Shown piece by piece: positions 1-10,713 of a stretch of DNA of 64,000 nt. The notes beneath the pieces are model-generated. The model made no database searches. It saw nothing but the letters and a program-made list of their open reading frames with translations, and was not told the DNA's origin. The DNA comes from Alphaproteobacteria bacterium (GTDB lineage Bacteria > Pseudomonadota > Alphaproteobacteria > SP197), in assembly GCA_964291265.2 (NCBI GenBank), contig OZ219747.1, positions 1,856,001-1,920,000 of the forward strand, given 5' to 3'. The position numbers were made by a program, and so were the translations under genes. The stretch's first letter is position 1. Each line of letters starts with the position of its first letter.

Positions 1-398
1 AGGAAGTCGGCTTCCCGTTGATGACCGGGGCCGAACAGGAAGCGGTTGGCATCAATACCTTCGACATCATCACGGTGACCGAGGACTTTGCCAGCCAGCA
101 TCCCGACCTGGTGCAGGCCTTCATGGATGTCACCGAGGCGGCCAACGCCGCCTACAAGGCCGATCCGGGCGCTGCCCTTGCGACCATCGCCAGGGCCGCG
201 GGCATGGACGAGGATGCCACCGGGGCGATGCTCGCCAACTTCGGTTTCCCGAGCGTCGCCGACCAGAAGGGTGCCAACTGGCTTGGTGGCGGCGTGCAGT
301 CCATGACCAAGGGTGTCGCCGACGTCATGGTCGAGGCGGGCAACATGGAATCCGGTCTCGACGACTATTCACGGTTCGTCGACGACAGCTTCCTTTGA
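1..398 (+). CDS. ABC transporter substrate-binding protein, taurine/sulfonate type (5'-truncated by window)
   Basis: C-terminal part of an SBP (FASQHPDLVQAF...); lies upstream of a TauB/SsuB-like ATPase and a TauC-like permease. Confidence 0.8.
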   Translation, partial: EVGFPLMTGAEQEAVGINTFDIITVTEDFASQHPDLVQAFMDVTEAANAAYKADPGAALATIARAAGMDEDATGAMLANFGFPSVADQKGANWLGGGVQSMTKGVADVMVEAGNMESGLDDYSRFVDDSFL

Positions 399-408
399 GA
401 AATCCGGC

Positions 409-435
409 AACCGGGCAGCACGGCGTTGTCCGGTT
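409..435 (+). other. Intergenic stem-loop after the SBP gene (possible mRNA stabiliser or attenuator)
   Basis: AACCGGGCAGC...GTTGTCCGGTT can pair with two G-U pairs; no U-tract. Confidence 0.4.
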
Positions 436-492
436 CCCGTTCCGCGGCAGGCGGATCCGGCCGTTTGCGGCGGCCCTGACGGGGAAGTCGGG

Positions 493-1296
493 ATGACGGA
501 GATGGCAGAGATTGCGGTCGACCGGGTCTCCATGGTCTACGCTATGCCCGATTCCGAGGTCGACGCGCTCAATGACGTGTCGCTGGACATCGGCAAGGGC
601 GAGATTCTGAGCGTTCTCGGACCATCGGGGTGCGGCAAGACCACCCTTCTCAACATCATTGCGGGCTTCCTTTCCCCGACCAGGGGCGAGGTCCGCGTCG
701 CCGGCAAGGCGGTGAAGGGTCCAGGCGCCGAGCGCGGCATGGTGTTCCAGCAGGGAGCGCTGTTCGAATGGCTTTCTGTCACCCAGAACATCTCCTTCGG
801 ACCGAGAATGTGCGGCAGGGACCGTGGGGAGACGGCCGACACCGTGCAGCGCCTGCTGGGCATTGTCGGTCTCGCGGAGTTTGCCGACAAGCCGGTCTAC
901 CAGCTCTCGGGCGGCATGCAGCAGCGTGTGGCCCTGGCTCGATGCCTTGCCAACGATCCCGGCGTCATTCTCATGGACGAACCGCTGGGCGCGCTCGATG
1001 CCCTGACCCGCGAGAAGATGCAGGGCCTTGTGCTCAGACTGTGGAAGGACACCGGCAAGACCATCCTTCTCGTCACCCACTCGGTGGAAGAAGCCCTCTT
1101 CCTCGGCGAGCGCCTGATCGTCATGGCGCCCCGGCCGGGGCGTATCGAAAGGGAGTTTCGTCTGCCGTTCGCCGATGAGGCTCTCGAGAAGCCGGCGCGG
1201 GCCGTCAAGGCCGGCAACGAGTTCGTGGCCGCCCGCGAGGAAATCCTCTCCATGATCTGGGACATGGAGGAGGAGATCATGGGCGACAACGGATAG
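493..1296 (+). CDS. ABC transporter ATP-binding protein (TauB/SsuB-like)
   Basis: Walker A GPSGCGKT, signature LSGGMQQR, Walker B ILMDEP, THSVEEA; ATG at 493. Confidence 0.92.
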   Translation: MTEMAEIAVDRVSMVYAMPDSEVDALNDVSLDIGKGEILSVLGPSGCGKTTLLNIIAGFLSPTRGEVRVAGKAVKGPGAERGMVFQQGALFEWLSVTQNISFGPRMCGRDRGETADTVQRLLGIVGLAEFADKPVYQLSGGMQQRVALARCLANDPGVILMDEPLGALDALTREKMQGLVLRLWKDTGKTILLVTHSVEEALFLGERLIVMAPRPGRIEREFRLPFADEALEKPARAVKAGNEFVAAREEILSMIWDMEEEIMGDNG

Positions 1297-1319
1297 GATC
1301 GTCAGGAGGGAGGGAATCC

Positions 1320-2183
1320 ATGCCGCGGCACAAGCCTTCCGGCCTGGCGATCTGGCTCGGCCTGTCGGACAATTCGTTCACCCGTCAGAAGACTGTCAAG
1401 TTCGGCGATGCCACTGCCGTCAATTCGGGACGGTTCTATTCGATGCTGACCCTGGCGGTTCTCATCGTGGCGTGGGTGGTTGCTTCGGCATTCGAACTCA
1501 TCGAGCCTTTCTACTGGCCGACGATTTCCGGGACCTGGGAACGTCTTGTCAAGATCCTGAGCGAGGGATTCCGCAATACGACGCTCGTCGACCATGTGGG
1601 CATCAGCGTCTACCGGGTGTTGTCAGGCGTGTTCTACGGGGCGTTGCTCGGCATTCCACTCGGCTTCGCGATGGGACTTTCCTCCATCGGCAGGGGTCTC
1701 TTCGATCCCGTGGTCGAGTTCATGCGTCCGATACCGCCCCTGGCGCTGATTCCGCTCATCATCCTGTGGTTCGGCATCGACGAGTTTGCGAAGATCTTCC
1801 TGCTGTTCCTTGCCTCGCTCTTCATCATGACGATCGCCGCACGGTCAGGCGTGTCGAGTGTGCGCATCACCAAGGTCCACGCGGCCCATTCCCTTGGCGC
1901 CTCGAAACTGCAGATCCTGCGCCATGTCATCCTGCCCAACGCCCTGCCCGAGATCTTCACCGGGCTGAGAACGTCCATGGGCGTGTGCTGGGGCACGGTC
2001 GTTGCCGCCGAACTGGTGGCCGCCGACAAGGGGCTGGGCTCGATGATCATGATTGCCAAGAACTTCCTGCAGACCGACACGGTGGTGATCGGCATCATCC
2101 TGATCGGCGTCATCGGCTACATCATCGAACTCATCATGCGCCGCCTCGAGCAGTGGCTGATCCCGTGGCGCGGCAAGGGCTGA
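1320..2183 (+). CDS. ABC transporter permease (TauC/SsuC-like)
   Basis: RPIPPLALIPL, EAA-like loop AAHSLGAS, VILPNALPEI. Confidence 0.92.
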   Translation: MPRHKPSGLAIWLGLSDNSFTRQKTVKFGDATAVNSGRFYSMLTLAVLIVAWVVASAFELIEPFYWPTISGTWERLVKILSEGFRNTTLVDHVGISVYRVLSGVFYGALLGIPLGFAMGLSSIGRGLFDPVVEFMRPIPPLALIPLIILWFGIDEFAKIFLLFLASLFIMTIAARSGVSSVRITKVHAAHSLGASKLQILRHVILPNALPEIFTGLRTSMGVCWGTVVAAELVAADKGLGSMIMIAKNFLQTDTVVIGIILIGVIGYIIELIMRRLEQWLIPWRGKG

Positions 2184-2261
2184 TCAGGGGGGCCGCCGCG
2201 GCCGGACGTTGAAGCCCCCGACGCGTTTCGGCGGTGCGTCTGGCTGCCGGCAACAGGGTGG

Positions 2262-3689
2262 TCATGCAGGACGGTCGAGTCCGATCACCTTTCCGGGATT
2301 GAGAATGTTGGCGGGGTCGAGGGCACGCTTGAGCGTCGCCATGAGAGCCAGTTCGGTGGCACTCTTGTAGGCATCCAGCTGACGCATGCGCAACCGGCCG
2401 ATGCCGTGTTCGGCGCTGAACGAGCCGCCGAAGGAGACGGCGAGTGATTCGACGATGTCATTGACGTCGCCGGCGCGGGCGAGGAGTGCGGCGCCGTCAT
2501 CGGGGTTCGCCGCACAGAGATTGACATGCATGTTGCCGTCTCCGAGGTGTCCGTAGGGGATGATCCGGGCCTCGGGCACCCTGACGGCGATCTCTTCGCC
2601 GACCTGATCGAGATAGTCGGCAATCGAGCCTGCGGGAACCGCAACATCGTGACTGATACTGCCGCTCATCATCGTCTGGGCCTGCGGCATGTCCTCGCGG
2701 ATCTGCCAGAATGCCCGGGCCTGTGCCGTCGATTCCGCCATGACGGCATCGGCGAGCAGCCCCTCGTCGAGTCCCCTGGCCAGCTCCTCCTCGACCACCC
2801 GTCGCAGGTCGCCATCCGGTGTGCTTGAAGCGGCTTCCATGAGAACACAGGCAGGATATTCGCACGGGAACGGTGACCGGTTGGCGGGACGTTGCGAGAA
2901 GGTCATCTCGAGGGCGCTTGCCGACATGTACTCGAATCCCGTCACCTGTCCGCCGGTGGCGTCCTGAAGGCGCTGGAGCATGGCCAGAGCCTCGCGGGGA
3001 CCCGCGATACCGAGCCATGCGGTGACCTCGTCGCGAGGCAGCGGCCAGAGCTTCAGGACGGCGGCGGTGATGATGCCGAGGGTTCCCTCGGTGCCAAGGA
3101 AGAGCTGTTTGAGGTCATATCCCGTGTTGTCCTTGCGAAGACCCTTGAGACCGTTCCAGATGCGTCCGTCGGCGAGCACGACTTCCAGGCCAAGGACGTG
3201 GTCCCTGGCATTGCCGTAGCGCAGGACATTGGTACCACCTGCGTTGGTCGACAGGGTGCCGCCGACACGGCAGCTTCCCTCGGCGGCAAGGCTGAGCGGG
3301 TAGAGCCGACCAGCGTCGCGCGCCGCTTGCTGGACATCCTGGAGAATGCAGCCCGCGTCGACCGTGATGGTGTTGTTCTGCGGATCGATGGCGCGTACTC
3401 TCGTCATGCGGTCGACACTGAGAATGATCTCGTGACCGCTGTCGTCGGGGACGCCGCCTCCCACCAGGCCCGTGTTGCCGGCCTGCGGCACGATTCCGAT
3501 TCCCGCCTCTGCGCAGGTGCTGACGATCGCCGAGACTTCCTTCACGGTGGCCGGACGCATGACGATCGACGCGGCGCCAGTCCACTTGTTGCGCCAGTCC
3601 CGGACATAGGGCGCCACGTCATGGACCCCGGTGAGCCAGCCCGCCGGTCCGGTAATCGCCTTGAGTCGGTCCAGGACGGCGGAGTTCAT
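2262..3689 (-). CDS. FAD-binding oxidoreductase (D-2-hydroxyacid dehydrogenase, FAD_binding_4 / FAD-oxidase_C)
   Basis: GNTGLVGG, LRKDNTGYDLKQLFLGTEGTLG, GHLGDGNMH, SAEHGIG; ATG at 3689 overlaps the cysQ stop. Confidence 0.9.
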   Translation of the reverse strand: MNSAVLDRLKAITGPAGWLTGVHDVAPYVRDWRNKWTGAASIVMRPATVKEVSAIVSTCAEAGIGIVPQAGNTGLVGGGVPDDSGHEIILSVDRMTRVRAIDPQNNTITVDAGCILQDVQQAARDAGRLYPLSLAAEGSCRVGGTLSTNAGGTNVLRYGNARDHVLGLEVVLADGRIWNGLKGLRKDNTGYDLKQLFLGTEGTLGIITAAVLKLWPLPRDEVTAWLGIAGPREALAMLQRLQDATGGQVTGFEYMSASALEMTFSQRPANRSPFPCEYPACVLMEAASSTPDGDLRRVVEEELARGLDEGLLADAVMAESTAQARAFWQIREDMPQAQTMMSGSISHDVAVPAGSIADYLDQVGEEIAVRVPEARIIPYGHLGDGNMHVNLCAANPDDGAALLARAGDVNDIVESLAVSFGGSFSAEHGIGRLRMRQLDAYKSATELALMATLKRALDPANILNPGKVIGLDRPA

Positions 3690-4453
3690 GGCGGCGCACT
3701 GCCCCAGGCCACGAAGGGCGGGTTGACGAATCCCGGCTTGCCATAGAGGAACGCGCCCCCGTCCGGTTCCCTTACCGCACCACCGGCGGCCTCGAGGATG
3801 CCGTGTCCGGCGGCGGTGTCCCATTCCATGGTGCGGCCGAAGCGCGGGTAGACGTCGGCCCTGCCTTCGGCCACGAGGCAGAACTTGAGCGAACTGCCGC
3901 CGATGATCTCGTCGGTCACGGGAAGGGACTCCAGGAAGGTCTCGGAGGCACTGTCCCGGTGGGAGCGACTCATGGCCGCTGTCATGCCGCTCTGCGGTGG
4001 CTGTCTGGTGCGGATGGCGACCGTATCGCCGCCCGCCTGTCGCCGCCACGCCCGCGTGCCGTCACTGGCATAGGTAAGGCCCTTGGCGGGAGCGCCGACA
4101 ACGGCCAGCGTCACCAGGCGTTCCTCGATGAGTGCGATGTTCACGGTGAACTCGCCGTTGCCGCCGAGGAACTCCCGCGTTCCGTCGAGAGGATCGACGA
4201 GCCAGAACCGGCTGGCTGCTTCCCTGTCCGGAGCCGTGCCGGCCATCATCTCCTCGGCGATCACCGGAATGTCCGGCGTCAGCCGGTGGAGCGCCGCGAC
4301 GATCAGGGCCTCGGCAGCCTCGTCTGCGTCCGTGACCGGGGATCTGTCCGCCTTCAGGCGCGCGGCGGCACGACCATGGTGGTCCATGATGACGGAGCCG
4401 GCCCTCCCTGCAACGACCATAAGTTCGTCAAGCAGGCCGGTTGCCATCAGCAT
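3686..4453 (-). CDS. cysQ: 3'(2'),5'-bisphosphate nucleotidase
   Basis: SPVTDAD, WLVDPLDGTREF, GSSLKFC, TMEWDTAAG motifs. Confidence 0.9.
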   Translation of the reverse strand: MLMATGLLDELMVVAGRAGSVIMDHHGRAAARLKADRSPVTDADEAAEALIVAALHRLTPDIPVIAEEMMAGTAPDREAASRFWLVDPLDGTREFLGGNGEFTVNIALIEERLVTLAVVGAPAKGLTYASDGTRAWRRQAGGDTVAIRTRQPPQSGMTAAMSRSHRDSASETFLESLPVTDEIIGGSSLKFCLVAEGRADVYPRFGRTMEWDTAAGHGILEAAGGAVREPDGGAFLYGKPGFVNPPFVAWGSAPP

Positions 4454-5043
4454 GTGTCCCCCTTGCCCGAATCATCGGGCGCAAGCCAGCCGAATCCGGC
4501 GCCGGGCTCGGCCAGATAGGCTTCCTCGTCGGCCGTCGAGACCCGCCCCAGCATCCTGTTGCGATGAGGGAAACGGCCGAAACGCCTGATGACGTCCCGG
4601 TGGGCTTCCGCGAACTGAAGGGAGCGAGGGTCATCGAGGGTGGAAAAGAGACGGACGCTCCGGTCCTGGACCTCGGGATCCTCGGAGTGTTCGAAGGGGA
4701 GGTAGACGAACTTGCGTTCGACGGCTTCAAGCCCGTCGTCCATTCCGCCGTCGACGGTTTCTCTCGCCAGCGCCAGGGCCGCGTCGTCTGTCGAGAACGC
4801 GGCGGCCTTGCCGCGGTAGATGTTCCGCGGGAACTGGTCGAGCACGATGATGGCGGCAAGCCTTCCGTGCGGTGAGGCGCGCCATGACGAGGGGACACCC
4901 TGGCGCCACAGGCGGGCGTGCAATCCGCCGAACCTTCGGGCAATGGTCTCATCGAGATCATCACCGGGCTGGAACCACTCTTCCGGCGTCAGCTGGCCGA
5001 ACCAGAAATCGAGAACCTCGGCGGCATCGTCGGGAAGTGACAT
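4447..5043 (-). CDS. DUF924 family protein
   Basis: VLDFWF, IIVLDQFPRNIYRG, YLPFEHSE, FGRFPHRN. Confidence 0.9.
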   Translation of the reverse strand: MSLPDDAAEVLDFWFGQLTPEEWFQPGDDLDETIARRFGGLHARLWRQGVPSSWRASPHGRLAAIIVLDQFPRNIYRGKAAAFSTDDAALALARETVDGGMDDGLEAVERKFVYLPFEHSEDPEVQDRSVRLFSTLDDPRSLQFAEAHRDVIRRFGRFPHRNRMLGRVSTADEEAYLAEPGAGFGWLAPDDSGKGDTC

Positions 5044-5046
5044 CGG

Positions 5047-7008
5047 CTAGATCTCCGCAGCTGTCTTGAGGCCCTCGAGGACAGCCTCCTCGGCAGTTCT
5101 GGGAGCGAGGCAGTCGCCGACAAGGTGCAGTTCCCCCGTCCAGTCCTCGAGGTCGTCGGCAAGGTCGGTCACCGAATGATGGCCGAGAGCCGTGACGAGC
5201 GTGTCGACCTCCTCGACGATCATCGCTTCACCGCTGGTGGCGTGCTGCAGGTAGACACTGTCGGAGTCGACGCCGAAGAGGCGGGCATAGGGAATCACCT
5301 TCACCCCCAGTTTCTGGAGAATGCCGGCCCAGTGATCGCGGACATACATCTGGATCGTCTGGCCGGGCATGTAGCCGTCGACCGCCAGGGTGACGTTGCA
5401 GCCATTGCGCGCGAGGTGCTCGGCCAGACCGAGGCCGATCCAGTCGCAGCGCCAGTCGGCGATCACCACGTTGCCCCCGACGTTTGCCTCGCCCTTGACC
5501 ACGGACCAGGCCTCGACGACATGGGCCTCGGCGCCTCCCTCGATGTCGACCGGCGCCGGCACCGCTCCGGTGGCGACGATGACCGCGTCGGGGGCTTCCT
5601 TCTCGACCAGTTGGCGCGTCACCTTGCGGTTCCTGACGACCTCGACGCCGGACAGCTCCATTTCCCGGGAGAGATTGGTGACGATGCCGCCGAATTCGGC
5701 ACGGCCGGGGAGTGACTGCGCCAGCAGCGTCTGTCCGCCCAGGCGGTCCGTCGCTTCGAACAGCGTCACCCGGTGGCCGCGCTCCGCGGCCACCGCTGCC
5801 GCCTTCATGCCGCCGGGCCCGCCCCCCGCCACCAGGATCCTCTTGATGCCGGCCGCCGGCTGGCGCTCGCCATAGGCCAGTTCGCGGCCTGATTCGGGGT
5901 GCTGGATGCACGAGATGCCGACCCCCATGTGCATGTGGCCGATGCAGGCCTGGTTGCAGGCAATGCAGGCGCGGATGTCGTCGACACGCCCCTCTCGGGC
6001 CTTGTTGGCCAGATGCGGATCGCAGATCTGCGCCCGTGTCATGCCCACCATGTCGGCCTGACCGCTGGCGACAATCTCCTCGGCCTGGTGCGGCTGGTTG
6101 ATCCTGCCGGCCACGAACACGGGAACCGACACCTTCTGGCGGATGGTGGCGGCGTAGGGCGCCACGTAGGCGTTGTCGATGAACATCGGCGGCACGATGT
6201 GCACGGACCCGCCGAGCGAGGACGACGATCCAGCGATGACATTGAAGTAGTCGAGACCGCCGCCGGCGTCGAGCATGCCGATGGCCTCGGTCACCGTCGC
6301 CACATCGGGGCCGTCATGGGAGTGTTCGTCGCCGGTGATCCTCAGGCCGACCACATAGTCGCTGCCCACCTTGACGCGGATGTTGTCGACGACTTCCCGC
6401 AGGAACCGCACGCGGTTCTCCAGGGTTCCGCCGTACTCGTCCTCGCGCACGTTGACCCGGGGATTGAGAAACTGTGCCGGGAGATACCCGTGGCTGGCGA
6501 CGATCTCGACCCCGTCGAGGCCGCCTTCACGGAGTCTGACGGCGGCATCGCCGTAGCCGTCGATCACATCGTGGATCATGGCGCGCGGCATGGCTCGGGG
6601 CATGATGTGGAAGCGCTCGTTGGGCACCGACGAGGGCGCCCAGGCAACCGGAGCGCTGCCATCGATCGATTCGAATGTCTCGCGGCCCGGGTGAAAGAGC
6701 TGTCCGAAGACACGGCAGTCATGGCGATGCACGCGCCGGGCGATGTTCCGGTAGCCGGGGATGCAGTCATCGGTGTTGGCCATGATGGTGTGGGAGGTGT
6801 AGACCGCCGAGCCGTGGACCAGCGCGACCTCGATGATCACCAGCCCTGCTCCGCCCCTGGCGCGCGACTCGTGATAGGCCGCGAGTTCCTCGTTGGGCCT
6901 GTATCCGGTCACGAGCGTCGTCATGTGACCGGTCGAGAAGATCCGGTTCCTGAAGGTCACATTCCCCATGGAAAGCGGCGAAAAGAGATTCGGGAACGCG
7001 GTTGACAT
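5047..7008 (-). CDS. NADH:flavin oxidoreductase (old yellow enzyme barrel + Fe-S + FAD/NAD domain; DADH/TMADH-like)
   Basis: ASHGYLPAQFL, CIACNQAC, GGGPGG; start MSTAFPNLF at 7008. Confidence 0.9.
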   Translation of the reverse strand: MSTAFPNLFSPLSMGNVTFRNRIFSTGHMTTLVTGYRPNEELAAYHESRARGGAGLVIIEVALVHGSAVYTSHTIMANTDDCIPGYRNIARRVHRHDCRVFGQLFHPGRETFESIDGSAPVAWAPSSVPNERFHIMPRAMPRAMIHDVIDGYGDAAVRLREGGLDGVEIVASHGYLPAQFLNPRVNVREDEYGGTLENRVRFLREVVDNIRVKVGSDYVVGLRITGDEHSHDGPDVATVTEAIGMLDAGGGLDYFNVIAGSSSSLGGSVHIVPPMFIDNAYVAPYAATIRQKVSVPVFVAGRINQPHQAEEIVASGQADMVGMTRAQICDPHLANKAREGRVDDIRACIACNQACIGHMHMGVGISCIQHPESGRELAYGERQPAAGIKRILVAGGGPGGMKAAAVAAERGHRVTLFEATDRLGGQTLLAQSLPGRAEFGGIVTNLSREMELSGVEVVRNRKVTRQLVEKEAPDAVIVATGAVPAPVDIEGGAEAHVVEAWSVVKGEANVGGNVVIADWRCDWIGLGLAEHLARNGCNVTLAVDGYMPGQTIQMYVRDHWAGILQKLGVKVIPYARLFGVDSDSVYLQHATSGEAMIVEEVDTLVTALGHHSVTDLADDLEDWTGELHLVGDCLAPRTAEEAVLEGLKTAAEI

Positions 7009-7439
7009 CACGACCTCCAGGGAGCCGAGCGATACATAGCAGACATCGACGGCCCGGGCGAGACACGCAGGACCATTCGTGTTGTCGCGATCGGCGGTGG
7101 ACAACCCGCGTCGGAGTGGCCGTTCCTGAAGTGGGTGGCACCATCTCGAGGTCGGAACCGGCCTATCGACAACGAAATCCGGTCCCGAATGGACCTCCAG
7201 ATCAAGCCTGCAACGCCCCTCGTCGGACGAAACCGGACAAACAAAGGAGCAGCCCTGTCTCCCAGGGCGCTGACACCCGGCGAAGCGCATCCTTCTGCTG
7301 CCGCTGGCGGCGGACTGGGACACCTGTCTGGAGGCGCGGCGCGCCCTGACGCCCGGGGACGGTCTTAACAGCGCGGCCCGGGCAGAGAACGAATTCGGCG
7401 TCGCGCCCTCAGGCGACGCCCGCCTGACGCAGCGGCTTG

Positions 7440-7935
7440 CGTAGTGCCGAGGTTCAGGGTCGCCGACGAAGACGTTCTTCGCTGCGGCGGCTGGCTGCGG
7501 GGCGACGGTGAAGGGATGCTACAGGATGATCGAGCATCCGGACTACGAAGCGGTCTGTGCGTCCACCTTCATCAGGGGGCATCGCGCACGGACCCTGCGG
7601 CGGATGCAGGGCCAGGCGCTGTTGTTGATGGTGCAGGACGGCACCCGCTGGCCGCACATCCGCTGCACCGTACGCTGACGCTGCGGCGCCAGGATGTTCG
7701 CTGGGGTCACCGCCAGCGTCATCCAGTCCTGCGAGCCGTCCGAAGCCCGTTGCCATGTCCCCACAGTCTCGGGGGAAGCGGCAAGGGCTCACCACCTTCT
7801 TCCTTGAGGGTCCTGACCTCCGGACATCGGTCGAGACCCGGCAGAAGACCCCATTCCCCAACGCGCCTGGCAGCGCAGCTTCTCCGGCGTGCGCACCTGG
7901 GCCATGGTCATGAAGGCCAGCATGATGAGGGGGGG
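7440..7935 (-). pseudogene. Degraded transposase remnant (same family as 19345-19696)
   Basis: Frame pieces LAFMTMAQVRTPEKLRCQALGEWGLLPGLDRCPEVRTL and WQRASDGSQDWMTLAV; ~110 bp homologous to 19345-19465. Confidence 0.6.
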
Positions 7936-8072
7936 GCGGGTCTCATCATCACCGAGGCCCTCCACTGTTCACGGAAGCTTACGAGGTGCCTCGCACCCTG
8001 CCGATGGTGAGCGACGACGACGGGGTATCTCGCTCGCCGAAGCCGCCTGGCCCATGGCCGATCACGGGAATC

Positions 8073-10082
8073 TCATGTGCCGGGCGTGTTCATGTGGCCT
8101 GGCAGGTGGCCGATCACGACCTGCCGCGTCGCCTCGTCCCAGGAGAAGTAGAGCCGGAAGCAACGCTTCGGATCACGCGTGCCGGATCTGTTCTTGATGT
8201 GGCGGTCGAGTGTCAGCCGGCGCCGGTCCCACTCAATGACGAAATCGTCGCGCGCCTTGCCCTGCTGACCGGGGCGAAGGCTCGGTGTCTCCAGGAGCCG
8301 GAGGTCGCGCAGCGTGTTCTCGAAGGTGTCACGCAGCTCCAGGCTTCCCCCGGTCTTGATTCCCCAGTAGGTCGTGGCGAGCATGTGGATCGCCTTGCCG
8401 ACAAGCCCGACATCCTCGAACTCGGCCCCCTTGAGCGCCCTCACTGCGCGGCCTGAGAGCGCAACCCGTCCGGCGAAGTGGGCCGCCGTCCAGTCGGGCA
8501 GTTCCTCGTAGCTCCCGAGGGGAGGAACAGTCCCTTCCTCCGTCGAGCCGCAGCGCCCTCCCCCTTCCAGGGCGGCGAGGCGTTCGAGTAGTCGGTACCT
8601 TTCGCTGCGCAAGCCGTCATTCTCCTCCTTGACGTCGTCAAGCGTCGCCTGCAGTACCGCCAACCTCTCGTCGTCCGCCTGGCGAGCCGCCTTCAGAGCG
8701 TCGATCTCGGCGTTCAGCTCACGCACCCTGGCGCGCGATCCGGGGACAGGTGGCAGTTCGTCCCAGGCATCGTGATCGGTCCAGTACCCGTACTGTAACG
8801 CCATCGCTGTGAGGGCTGCGGCAATCCGATCGAGTATGTCTGATGCGGGCGCGATTGACCGTGGGTTGTCGCGTTCGGCAGCCATCGCCGTGTGCAGGGC
8901 TTCGCGGTTTGCAGCGCTCGGATCCTCTGCATAGCGGCGCGACGCCTCGCGCAGGGCGAGTTCCTGTTCAACAGGACCGACCAGTGCCGCGCGAAATGCC
9001 TCCGCCAGTTCCTCGCAGCGTTTCCACTCGGGCTCCGTGAAGACAAGCGGCACCGGTCCGTCCTTCGCGATCTTCGCTATCGAATCTGTCAACCGCGCAG
9101 TGTCGCCGTCCAGCGCCTCAGGCATGGCGTTCATCGCCTGTTCGAGTCTTGCGCACACCGCCGCGTGACGGCAGCGTGCCGAGGCGCTGTCTCGCGCATC
9201 GGTGATCCTCAGGATGTCGCGATCGAGGAGTTCGACCTTGAGGAGGTGCGATGAAAGATCCTTCAGCGCCGGGCGATAGTGGTCGTGATCGGCCACCAAC
9301 TCCCTCAACCTGCTCCAGTGGCTGGACGCGTCCTTGTGGAGCTCGAGGCACTCTGCACCGGCGCGTGCGATCAGTTTCTCCAGATGCGGTCCCACCGTCT
9401 CGCGCTTCAGTCTTTCCACCAGGTGGCCGAGGTCGGGGCGCGGAAGGTACTGGGCGCGGTGAATCGCATCCCCGATCAGATCGTCGATGATCGGATCTTC
9501 CACCCATTCGGACATCATGTGACTGCTGATCGCGTCCTGCAGGCAGGACATGGCCCAGACCACCTGGGCGACCAGGAGATGCTCTCCTTCCCCCCACAGC
9601 GTCTCGAGGTCGTCGAACAGTTCGGGCTCCGCCTCGGCTCGGGCCAGCGGGTGCAATTCACGTGCCCTGTCGCCGGCTGCAGCCAGGAGTCTCGAGACGA
9701 GCTGTTTCTTCCTTCCCTTGACAGGACCGAAGAGCTTGAGGATCCGGTCTTCGAACACCCAGAGGAACCAGGTCCAGTGTTCCGCCTGATCGTGCACCGC
9801 GCGCCAGAACGCCGCCGCATCGCTTCCATCCGCCGTCCAGTCGGGGTACTCATCCGTCAGCACCACCGCCAGCTTGCGCAGATCGGCCTTCATCAGATGA
9901 TGATTGTCCCGAAGCCAGTCGGGTGTTGCGAACCCTGGCAACACGCAGGGCAGGTATTCATGCCCGGACTCGAACGGGAGAGTGGGGTTGGTCAATTCGT
10001 TGATCGTCTTCTCCTCCCCTGCATCCGCCGACTCGCCAACCTGCGATGACGGATTCAACGGCCGCCGACAGGATGGAAACAA
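8073..10082 (-). CDS. Hypothetical protein with helical/coiled-coil region and a compact C-terminal domain (start uncertain; alternative ATG at 9893)
   Basis: 669-aa ORF; coiled-coil-like stretch RVRELNAEIDALK...LLERLAALE; C-terminus HIKNRSGTRDPKRCFRLYFSWDE...VVIGHLPGH. Confidence 0.75.
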   Translation of the reverse strand: MFPSCRRPLNPSSQVGESADAGEEKTINELTNPTLPFESGHEYLPCVLPGFATPDWLRDNHHLMKADLRKLAVVLTDEYPDWTADGSDAAAFWRAVHDQAEHWTWFLWVFEDRILKLFGPVKGRKKQLVSRLLAAAGDRARELHPLARAEAEPELFDDLETLWGEGEHLLVAQVVWAMSCLQDAISSHMMSEWVEDPIIDDLIGDAIHRAQYLPRPDLGHLVERLKRETVGPHLEKLIARAGAECLELHKDASSHWSRLRELVADHDHYRPALKDLSSHLLKVELLDRDILRITDARDSASARCRHAAVCARLEQAMNAMPEALDGDTARLTDSIAKIAKDGPVPLVFTEPEWKRCEELAEAFRAALVGPVEQELALREASRRYAEDPSAANREALHTAMAAERDNPRSIAPASDILDRIAAALTAMALQYGYWTDHDAWDELPPVPGSRARVRELNAEIDALKAARQADDERLAVLQATLDDVKEENDGLRSERYRLLERLAALEGGGRCGSTEEGTVPPLGSYEELPDWTAAHFAGRVALSGRAVRALKGAEFEDVGLVGKAIHMLATTYWGIKTGGSLELRDTFENTLRDLRLLETPSLRPGQQGKARDDFVIEWDRRRLTLDRHIKNRSGTRDPKRCFRLYFSWDEATRQVVIGHLPGHMNTPGT

Positions 10083-10166
10083 CTCCCCACCGGTTCAAGC
10101 CATGCAACCCGGCTTTGTGAACATCCTTGTCGCGCCATCATCGCGCATGCGGCACAACGAAGACTG

Positions 10167-10367
10167 TTGCTTCGGGATCGAGGTCTCCCTGCGGGCCCGT
10201 CAACCGGCGGTCAAGGAGTATCATCAGGGGAAGAACTCGACAGGATCCAAACGGTCGCCGGTGTGCGCTGTGTCGATCTGGCCAGGGCCCTTGTTGTCTC
10301 ACGGCCCACCGTCGACCGTGCGGTGAAGTTCCTGCAGGCCAGGGGCAGGTGTTTGCGCGATTTTTGA
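10167..10367 (+). pseudogene. Small winged-HTH fragment
   Basis: DLARALVVSRPTVDRAVKFLQARG looks like an HTH; no convincing start. Confidence 0.35.
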
Positions 10368-10713
10368 CGTGGATTCCGTCGGTTCTGCTTGAATTGTCTG
10401 CTGGTCTGGGGTGATTGCCCCTCGACCGACCTGCAAGAAGTCGGCCGAGGGGCTTGTCTCCGTGACAGTGAGATCAGCGGAGGCCAGTCAATGTCGCACG
10501 TTTCCTTCCCGGGTCCCATGCTTTCCTGCGCCCATGTCTGGCCTCTCCTTGAGAGGATTGACGTGGCCGAGGCCGACCGCTGCCGCCTGGAGGGATGCCC
10601 GCATGGCGGCGGTCGCCGCGGTATCCGCGCGAGCCGCACGCGCTTGCCCTTCGCGGCGACATCCGCCGCTTCAGCTTCTGCTGTGCTGAGTGCAGGTGCC
10701 GGACGACTCCGCC

